From an uncultured Eubacteriales bacterium (GTDB taxonomy: Bacteria > Actinomycetota > Coriobacteriia > Anaerosomatales > JAAXUF01): a stretch of DNA of 64,000 nt. The notes under the pieces are model-generated. The model had not been told where the DNA came from, ran no database searches, and saw only the letters and a program-made list of their open reading frames with translations. The first letter of the stretch is position 1. Each line of letters begins with the position of its first letter. The stretch is taken from contig CAZFRE010000001.1 of NCBI GenBank assembly GCA_964521195.1, positions 575-64,574 of the forward strand, given 5' to 3'. This document shows, piece after piece, positions 56,927 through 64,000 of this stretch. Made by a program: the position numbers and the translations under genes.

Positions 56927-57637
56927 ATGGGCTCCGTCATCCTCACCACCGTCAAATGGGTTGCGATCGTCGCGGCGGTGCTTGTCGCCGTCATCGTGAT
57001 CGGCTTCGTGCTCGTCCCGCCGCTCACCCGGCGCTTCACCGACCGCTGGGGCGCCACGCCCGAGGAGGTCGCCGCGACGCAGCCGGGCGATGAGCTGTTT
57101 CCGGCCACCCGCGAGATCTCGACGAAGGCGATCACCATCGCCGCGCCGCCGGCGACCGTCTACGCGCTGGTGCAGCAGATGGGGCAGCACCGCGCGGGCT
57201 GGTATGGCTGGGACTGGTTCTACAACGCGACCGGCTCGTCGGACTTCGTCGACGGCCACTACTCGACGCGTATCGTGCCGGAGCTCCAGAACGTGGCGGT
57301 GGGCGACGAGATCGGCATCAACGACATGGTGAAGTACACCGTCGCGCGAGCCGATCGCGACAAGGCGTTCGTGCTCGCAGCCGGTTCGCTCGACGCCGCC
57401 GCGCTCGGCTCGCTGCGTTCGATGCCGGAGACGTGGACCGAGAACACGATGGCGTTCGTGCTGACGCCCACGGCCGACGGGGGCACGCGACTCGTGCTCC
57501 GCATGCGCGCCGACGGCACCGACACCGGCTTCGCGCGCTGGATGTGGAACGGCCCGCTCAACTTCGGCGGGGCGCTGTTCAGCCACAAGACGCTCGTCGG
57601 CATCAAGCGCACTGCCGAGCAGATCGCGGGCGAGTAG
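56927..57637 (+). CDS. Membrane-anchored hypothetical protein (SRPBCC-like)
   Basis: WGATPEE....[23 protein letters not shown] and TRLVLRMR. Confidence 0.7.
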   Translation: MGSVILTTVKWVAIVAAVLVAVIVIGFVLVPPLTRRFTDRWGATPEEVAATQPGDELFPATREISTKAITIAAPPATVYALVQQMGQHRAGWYGWDWFYNATGSSDFVDGHYSTRIVPELQNVAVGDEIGINDMVKYTVARADRDKAFVLAAGSLDAAALGSLRSMPETWTENTMAFVLTPTADGGTRLVLRMRADGTDTGFARWMWNGPLNFGGALFSHKTLVGIKRTAEQIAGE

Positions 57638-57680
57638 CGCGCCGCGGCGTGCGGGGCGCGCTGCATCGCCCGCTGCCGAG

Positions 57681-58619
57681 CTACCGCTCCGCCGCCGCCA
57701 GCTCCTCGACGTCGCGCGGGTCGGCCGAGGGCTCCGGGCCCGTCTCGGCGAAGACGACGGCGCCGATGACGAGCGCGCACGCAGCCAGCTGCACCACGCT
57801 CAGCTGCTCGCCTCGCACGAGCCAGCCAGCGAGGATCGCGACGGCAGGCACCAGGTTGATCGCGAGCGCGGCTCGGCTGGCGGGGAGTCTCGCGAGCGCG
57901 GAGTTGTACAGGCCGAACGCACCGAGCGAGCAGGCGACCCCTAGGTAGACGATGCACGCCCACGCGATGGGGGGTGCCGAGAGCCACGTCGACGGACTCG
58001 AGGTCATCAGCGCGAGCGGCAGGAAGAACACGAGACCTACCGCCGCTTGGACCGCCGTGAGCAGCCACGCGTTGTAGCGGGCGCTCAGGTGCTTGATGGT
58101 GAGCATCGAGCCGGCCGCCGCGAGCATCGCCAGCAACTCGAGTACGTTGCCGAGCACGGGGTTGGGCGCCGATTCCTGCGCCGATCCGCCCAGCGACAGC
58201 ATGGCGACGCCCACGAGCGACACCGCGATCGCGATCGCGCCGCGCGCGCTGAGTTTCTCGCGCAGGAACAGCCACGCGCCTGCAGCCACGAGCAGCGGCA
58301 CGATCGCCGAGACGACGCCGGCCTGGCTCGAGGTCGTGTACACCATCGCGAAGCCCTCGAAGAAGTAGTACGCACACGGGATGCACAGGCAGGCCAGTGC
58401 GAGGATCTTCCAGTCGCCGGGCCGGCGCTCGGGCTTCGGGAGCCGCGGCACGAACGGCGCGATCGCGATCGCCGCCACGACCCAGCGCAGCCAGATCACG
58501 GTCATCGGGGAGAACGAGTCGAGCGCTGTCTTCATCGCCACGAAGCTCGTGCCCCAGAACAGCACCGCACCCCCGAGCGAGAGCAAGGCGATGGTGCGGG
58601 CGCGGGAAGCTGAGGGCAC
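57681..58619 (-). CDS. DMT/EamA family transporter
   Basis: WGTSFVA, ten TM in two repeats and INLVPAVA. Confidence 0.9.
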   Translation of the reverse strand: MPSASRARTIALLSLGGAVLFWGTSFVAMKTALDSFSPMTVIWLRWVVAAIAIAPFVPRLPKPERRPGDWKILALACLCIPCAYYFFEGFAMVYTTSSQAGVVSAIVPLLVAAGAWLFLREKLSARGAIAIAVSLVGVAMLSLGGSAQESAPNPVLGNVLELLAMLAAAGSMLTIKHLSARYNAWLLTAVQAAVGLVFFLPLALMTSSPSTWLSAPPIAWACIVYLGVACSLGAFGLYNSALARLPASRAALAINLVPAVAILAGWLVRGEQLSVVQLAACALVIGAVVFAETGPEPSADPRDVEELAAAER

Positions 58620-58859
58620 GGTGGCGGCTCCGGGGTTCGCGGGTGGCTCGGCGAGCGACTGGCCCAGCCGAGAAGGACCGCACAGCAGCTTAGCGCAACC
58701 CGGCCGACCGCGGGGTGCGGCCGTCTACCGATTTCTGGCTGGCGGAGCGCGATCGAAGCGCCGGGACTCCACGCAGTTATGCTACCGTTGCCGTGGCACA
58801 TATCATCCGAGCCACCCGCATATCCGGCATGCCACACCGACAAAGGAGGACGGGGCCCG

Positions 58860-59258
58860 ATGGTTGTCTGGGACCGTGCACTGGAGACCGGCGACGAGAC
58901 GATCGACGGTCAGCACAAGGCACTGTTCGCGCTCATCGACGAGCTGCACGACGCGTGTCTCGAGGCCAACACGGACGAGTGCATCGACGGGATCCTCGAA
59001 CGGCTGCTCGGTTACACGGTCGAGCACTTCTCGGCGGAGGAGTCGCTCATGGCCCGCAGCCGCTATCCCGTCGAAGTGGCCATCCGGCACAAGCAGGCCC
59101 ACCGCGAACTGCGCTCCAACGTCGACGAGATGCTGGGGCAGCGCGTTCGTGGCGAGATGAACTCGGTCTTGCCACTCGTGCGGTTCCTCAACGAGTGGCT
59201 CAAGACGCACATCCGCGTTGTCGACCGCGAGTTCGTCGCCTACGTGCAGCAGGCATAG
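58860..59258 (+). CDS. Bacteriohemerythrin
   Basis: IDGQH, HFSAEE, HKQAH and WLKTHIRVVD, i.e. a full ligand set. Confidence 0.92.
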   Translation: MVVWDRALETGDETIDGQHKALFALIDELHDACLEANTDECIDGILERLLGYTVEHFSAEESLMARSRYPVEVAIRHKQAHRELRSNVDEMLGQRVRGEMNSVLPLVRFLNEWLKTHIRVVDREFVAYVQQA

Positions 59259-59283
59259 CCGCTCAAACGGGTAGCAACTCCGC

Positions 59284-59796
59284 ATGGCGCATCCGATCCT
59301 CACAGGCGAGCGTGTGACCCTTCGCGAACTGCGCGAGGAGGACTTGCCGCGGCTACTCGAGATCCTGCTGCAACCTGGGGTCTCGGAGTGGTGGCCCTGC
59401 TACGACATGGACCGGCTGCGCGCCGACACCTTCGGCTCGCCGGAATCGACATCGCTCGCGGTCGAGCTCGGCGGCGACTTCGTGGGGCTCGTCATGTACA
59501 CCGAGGAGCCCGATCCGTTCTACAAGCACGCGGGCATCGATATCGCGCTCGACATCTCCTGCGTAGGCCAGGGACTCGGGAGCGACGTGCTGCGGACGGT
59601 CGCCCGGCATCTCTTCGAGGAGCGCGGCCACCACCGGCTCTCGATCGACCCGGCGCTCGCCAACGAGCGCGCGATCCGCGCGTACGAGCGGGTCGGCTTC
59701 AGGCGCGTCGGTGTGATGCGCCAGTACGAGAAGGGCGCCGACGGCACCTTTCACGACAACCTGCTGCTCGACATGCTCGCTGGCGAGTTGCGGTAG
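59284..59796 (+). CDS. GNAT acetyltransferase (AAC(6')-like RimJ/RimL group)
   Basis: GQGLG, IDPALANERAIRAYERVGF. Confidence 0.88.
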   Translation: MAHPILTGERVTLRELREEDLPRLLEILLQPGVSEWWPCYDMDRLRADTFGSPESTSLAVELGGDFVGLVMYTEEPDPFYKHAGIDIALDISCVGQGLGSDVLRTVARHLFEERGHHRLSIDPALANERAIRAYERVGFRRVGVMRQYEKGADGTFHDNLLLDMLAGELR

Positions 59797-59817
59797 CCGG
59801 GGGCGTGGGCGCGGCGC

Positions 59818-60222
59818 TCACTCGTCCTCGAGCAGCTTCACGACATCGATCTCGCAGGCGGCGGTCAGCACGATCATGACCTTCTCGGCGCCGTCGACCG
59901 ACGTCGCGAAGACCTGCGACACGTTGATGTTGTGATCGGCGAGCTTGCGCGCGATCCGGGCGAGCTCGCCGGGCGTGTTGGGCACCTCGGCGACGACGAC
60001 CGACTGCATGTCCATGTCGCCGCCCAGCTCCGAGAGTGCCTCGTAGGCGAGCTTGTTGTTGCTCGTGATCATGAGGAACTCACCCGCGTCGCCCTTGTCG
60101 TACGCACCGATCGCGAGGATGTTCACGCCGTGTCTGTTGAGCGCTTCGGTGACGTCGGCGAGCAGGCCCACGCGCGTCGGGGCCTTGAACATGACTTCGT
60201 TTCGAACCTGGACCTTGGCCAT
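59818..60222 (-). CDS. Tandem ACT-domain protein
   Basis: TRVGLLADVTEAL...VNI and NTPGELARIARKLADHNINV. Confidence 0.85.
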   Translation of the reverse strand: MAKVQVRNEVMFKAPTRVGLLADVTEALNRHGVNILAIGAYDKGDAGEFLMITSNNKLAYEALSELGGDMDMQSVVVAEVPNTPGELARIARKLADHNINVSQVFATSVDGAEKVMIVLTAACEIDVVKLLEDE

Positions 60223-60322
60223 GACAGCCTCCCGAACCTCGAGGTGACGTGACTGGTTCATACCCCGCCCGGCAGGCCGGGCGCGCGACGGTGCTCGGGG
60301 GAATACAATCGGCACACGACGT

Positions 60323-60934
60323 ATGGCGATGGGAGGGCGCGTGCGCAGCGGGGTGCAGACGCGAGTGCGGTCCCAGGGGTGGCGTCTGCTGGTCACGGCC
60401 GCCGCGCTCGCCAGCGGTCTGGCCGTGCTCGGGCTCGCGGCCGGGTGCATCCCCGTCGTCATCGACGAGCAGGGGACGGTGCGCCTGGCGACCACGCAGG
60501 CGCATCCCGACACGTCGACCGCCGAGGCGACCGGAGCGCCGGCTCCGTCACCGGTGGGCGCGGTGAAGAAGGCCGGCTCGTGGCAGGTGACCGTGACGAG
60601 CGCCAAGCGCAGCTCGAAGGGCCCCGGCGGTGCGAAAGCCGGCTCGGGCAAGGAGTTCCTGCTGATCGAGACGGTCTTCGAGAATACGCAGATGTCCACG
60701 GTGCTCGTGGTGAGACCAACCGCGGCATCGCTTGAAGGCGCGTCCGGCGCCTCGTACGACGAGTGGGGCACCGCTCCGGGCTACAACGGCCGGGGCATGC
60801 GCGAGATCGGTCCCGGACTCGGCGGCAACACCACCTGGGCCTACCGGGTGCCCAAGGGCTCGGCGACCTACACCTTCACGTTCGCTCCGAAGGTCGATGG
60901 AGAGCGCGTGCCCATGGAATGGCGCGTACCGTAG
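60323..60934 (+). CDS. DUF4352-like lipoprotein
   Basis: AAGC lipobox; WQVTV, G.EFLLI...EN and YRVPKG. Start is uncertain. Confidence 0.7.
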   Translation: MAMGGRVRSGVQTRVRSQGWRLLVTAAALASGLAVLGLAAGCIPVVIDEQGTVRLATTQAHPDTSTAEATGAPAPSPVGAVKKAGSWQVTVTSAKRSSKGPGGAKAGSGKEFLLIETVFENTQMSTVLVVRPTAASLEGASGASYDEWGTAPGYNGRGMREIGPGLGGNTTWAYRVPKGSATYTFTFAPKVDGERVPMEWRVP

Positions 60935-61033
60935 CGACCCGCCGCGAACTCGGACTCCTCGGCGTGGACGGGTACAAACCAGACGCGCCGCAAGAATGTG
61001 CGCGTCCCACCGATTCGACCAGTGGAGGTCCGT

Positions 61034-61747
61034 ATGTCTGAGAGCACCGTTTCGGGAGCAGCCCTCGAACTCGAGGAGTTCGCGGCGCGCCACGCGCAGA
61101 AGCGCGGCGAGGGTAGCTGGCAGCTCGAGAGCTCGCGCTGCCTCGAGATCCATCTGCAGAACGAGACGGTGCGGACCAAGGTCGGGGGCATGATCGCCTA
61201 CCGGGGAAACCTCACGTTCGAACGCGCCAGCACCGGCGGCGTCGGCAAGATGATGAAGGCCATGTTCACGAGCGAGAGCGGGCGCGCGACCAACGTCTGC
61301 GGGACGGGCGTGCTGTACGTGGCTGACGCCTCGAAGGAGATCAGCATCCTCAAGCTCACCGACGACACGCTCTACGTGAGCTCGCGAGATCTGCTCGCGT
61401 ACTCGGACAGCCTCGAGTGGGACATCACGGTTATCAAGGGCGCGGGAATCGTCGCCGGTGGTCTGTTCACGACGAAGCTGTGGGGCAACGGCTACGCTGC
61501 GATCACCACGCATGGCGAGCCGCTCGTCCTCGCGGTCACGCCCACGAGCCCGCTCTACACCGACCCAAACGCCACCGTGGCCTGGAGCGAGGGCCTCTCG
61601 GTGGACGTGAAGACCGACGTCAACCTCAAGACGCTGACCGGGCGCGCGAGCGGCGAGACGTGGCAGATGCACTTCGCCGGCGAGGGGTTCGTGGTGGTGC
61701 AGCCCTACGAGGAGGGCGAAGACTCCACCGCGCGCGCTCAGGCATAG
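61034..61747 (+). CDS. AIM24 family protein
   Basis: GGMIAYRG, DPNATVAWS and GETWQM.F.GEGFVVVQPYE. Confidence 0.85.
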   Translation: MSESTVSGAALELEEFAARHAQKRGEGSWQLESSRCLEIHLQNETVRTKVGGMIAYRGNLTFERASTGGVGKMMKAMFTSESGRATNVCGTGVLYVADASKEISILKLTDDTLYVSSRDLLAYSDSLEWDITVIKGAGIVAGGLFTTKLWGNGYAAITTHGEPLVLAVTPTSPLYTDPNATVAWSEGLSVDVKTDVNLKTLTGRASGETWQMHFAGEGFVVVQPYEEGEDSTARAQA

Positions 61748-61776
61748 ACCACTCGGCACCGACGGAAGGACCACCG

Positions 61777-62355
61777 ATGAGTGACGAATTCGAGACCACA
61801 TCGGCCCCCGAGCCCGCAGAACCGTCCGACCCCACGCCGCCGCCGGCCGACGCGTCAGAGCCCGCCGCCGCGGATGCCACGCCCGGGCCGAGCGCCAGCG
61901 AGGCGTGGGCCGAGGTCGTGTCGCGCATGGGCGAGCTCAGCACCGCTGTTGCGGCGTGGGCGAAGGCCGCTGCCGACAACCCGGAGAACCGCCGCCGCCT
62001 CGACGAGGTCAAGAACGGCGTCAACGACATGGCCAAGCAGGCCGACGCTGCGTTCGCGCACGTGACCAGCAGCGACTTCGGCCAGCAGGTCAAGTCCGGC
62101 GCAGAGGAGGCGGGTGCTGCGATCGGCGATGCCGCGCAGAAGGTCTCGGAAGCGGCCGCCCCGCACGTGGCCACCGCGTTCGCGGGACTGGCCGGCATGT
62201 TCGGCAAGGCCGCCGAGAAGGTCGAGGAGGCGGCGCAGCGCCAGCGCACCGCCGCTGAGCCCTCGGCCGAGCCGGCCGCAGAAGAGGCAGCGGCCGCTGA
62301 GCCGGCCGCGCCCGCCGAGCCAAGCGAGCCGGAGTCGACGCCGCCCGCACAGTGA
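61777..62355 (+). CDS. Ala/Glu/Pro-rich helical hypothetical protein
   Basis: AAGGA RBS; low-complexity termini around an amphipathic core. Confidence 0.65.
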   Translation: MSDEFETTSAPEPAEPSDPTPPPADASEPAAADATPGPSASEAWAEVVSRMGELSTAVAAWAKAAADNPENRRRLDEVKNGVNDMAKQADAAFAHVTSSDFGQQVKSGAEEAGAAIGDAAQKVSEAAAPHVATAFAGLAGMFGKAAEKVEEAAQRQRTAAEPSAEPAAEEAAAAEPAAPAEPSEPESTPPAQ

Positions 62356-62436
62356 GTGTCACGCGTGCCCGCTGGAGGCTCGCGATGTAGGTCAGGGGCG
62401 CCCGCTTTCCGGCGGGCGGAGCGGAAGGGGGGAGCT

Positions 62437-62994
62437 ATGCGCACGCGCACACTGCTCCTGATATCGGTACTGCTGGTCGTCGCGTTCGCCACCGTCGGCT
62501 GCTCGGGAGGTGGCCAGCCTGCGACGACCGAGCCTGCGACGGCACCGGGGACGTCGGCGCCGGACGAGCCGGCCGCCGAGCCCGCCGCCGAACCGGCTGC
62601 GGCCGCGGTGACGCCGATGGGCACCGCTGCGACGACCGCCGACTGGTCGATCACGGTCAAAGAGGTCGAGCGCGAGGACAACGCGGGTGGCGCGACCGCA
62701 ACGAGCGGGAACGAGCTGCTCGTCATCAAGTTCGACCTCAAGAACGGCACGGCGCAGGACTCCGGCATGGGCCCGACCTACTTCAAGCTCGCGGATGCGA
62801 GTGGGACGGAGTACCAAGCGGCGTCGACGAGTGACCCCGAGTACATCTTCAACACCCCGCAGCCGATCAAGATGGGCGAGACGCGCGAGATTCTCATCGC
62901 CTACGACGTGCCGAAGGGTTCCGGCCCGTTCACGTGGACCTTCGAGCCGTTTGTCGAGGGTGGCGCCACGCCGGTTGTGATGGAGGTCAAGTAG
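62437..62994 (+). CDS. DUF4352-like lipoprotein
   Basis: TVGC lipobox; WSITV, F.L.D.SG.EY and AYDVPKG. Confidence 0.75.
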   Translation: MRTRTLLLISVLLVVAFATVGCSGGGQPATTEPATAPGTSAPDEPAAEPAAEPAAAAVTPMGTAATTADWSITVKEVEREDNAGGATATSGNELLVIKFDLKNGTAQDSGMGPTYFKLADASGTEYQAASTSDPEYIFNTPQPIKMGETREILIAYDVPKGSGPFTWTFEPFVEGGATPVVMEVK

Positions 62995-63152
62995 GATCTG
63001 CGCACCGGAGTCCGATCGGCGCTCGGGCAGGTCAGTCGCTCAGAGTGCGGTAGTGAGCTGCTCGCGGCTTCGCCGTGCGGTGGCTTCATAGTTGCTGGTT
63101 GGGGGGCGATCATCCCGCGCCGCCGGTACGGCGTTGTCTGAAGGAGTGGCTT

Positions 63153-64000
63153 GTGACCCGGGTAGGGAACGTTTCGCGTGTGCTCGGCATCGTCATGCTC
63201 GCCGCGGCCCTGTGGCCGAGTGCCGCCTGGGCGGCGGACCCGCCGCTCGTCAAGCCGTTGACCGCGGTCAGCTTCTCGAGCGCGAACAACGGGTTCATCT
63301 CCGGCGGCACCGGAAGCGATGGTGTCGTCTCGTGGACGAAGGACGGCGGCGCCAGCTGGCACGCCACCGTCGACGAGAAGCATATGCGCAACGTGACCGC
63401 TTCCGTTGACGGACTCGCGGCGACGGTGGTTCCGGCCACCTATGACGGCCTGCTCAACGTGACCAACTCGGGCGTGGCGGGCACCTGGGAGAGCCCGCTG
63501 CACGGGCGGACCGTCGACTATGCGGATATGGCTCACCTCTCGGGTGGCCGCCGCGTCGCCGTGGGCAAGCTGAGCGACCAGTACGCGTTCATCGCCTCGG
63601 CGGTGGGGAGCGGCGACTGGCAGATCGATTTCCAAGGGCCGTACTACGCACCGCCCAATGATGAAGACCCCGCACCGTCAACGCGCGCGTATCTCTCGGC
63701 GATCGACGCGGCTCCGGGCGCTACCACTGCGTGGACGGTGGGAGTCGACTGGACCGAGAGCAACACACCGCCGTACAAGGGCCTGATCTACAAGACATCT
63801 GACTCGGGTTCGACGTGGACGACGCAGACCGCGCCGACTACCACGAGTGGCCTGGATTGCGTTGCGGCGCCCAGTTCGCAGGTAGCGTTCATCGGCCAGC
63901 AGAACAGCACCAAAGTATGGCGTACGCTCGATGGCTCGACATGGGCGGAGGTCACCGCGCTGCCATCGGCGTGGAGCATCGGTGGCGTCAACGGGATCGA
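63153..64000 (+). CDS. 5' part of a secreted BNR/YCF48-like beta-propeller protein (runs off the window; missing from the ORF track)
   Basis: AAGGAG RBS, GTG 63153, signal peptide ending AWA; TKDGGASW, TSDSGSTW and TLDGSTW Asp-box repeats; no stop before 64000. Confidence 0.82.
   Translation, partial: MTRVGNVSRVLGIVMLAAALWPSAAWAADPPLVKPLTAVSFSSANNGFISGGTGSDGVVSWTKDGGASWHATVDEKHMRNVTASVDGLAATVVPATYDGLLNVTNSGVAGTWESPLHGRTVDYADMAHLSGGRRVAVGKLSDQYAFIASAVGSGDWQIDFQGPYYAPPNDEDPAPSTRAYLSAIDAAPGATTAWTVGVDWTESNTPPYKGLIYKTSDSGSTWTTQTAPTTTSGLDCVAAPSSQVAFIGQQNSTKVWRTLDGSTWAEVTALPSAWSIGGVNGI

Overview
GC-rich bacterial chromosomal window with about 75 CDS. I found no rRNA, tRNA, CRISPR array or transposase. 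Gene style plus anaerobe-type content (tungsten-type AOR, hemerythrins, HD-GYP, a Sec candidate) suggests an anaerobic actinomycete, probably Coriobacteriia; this is inference only. Most of the window is a patchwork of small regulator/transporter/envelope modules around purB. Two loci stand out. (1) 16511-20281: an unannotated in-frame UGA at 16638 turns a 108-aa ORF into a 138-aa thioredoxin-like candidate selenoprotein (C-S-U motif). A SECIS-like hairpin with a GGUCU loop follows the UGA, and a CsoR-type operator lies in the promoter. The gene is followed by a MoaD-like protein lacking the terminal GG, and this pair converges on an aor-moaD-thiF operon. (2) 315-6083: a PilZ-less cellulose-synthase-like GT2 followed by three exported GH26 hydrolases, one behind a c-di-GMP-I riboswitch. 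Other observations: two paralogous VapBC pairs with related operators, gene remnants (MacB tail, CheB tail), a stand-alone GlnD-type ACT pair and several clear TetR/ArsR operators. All family calls come from motif recognition, not database searches.
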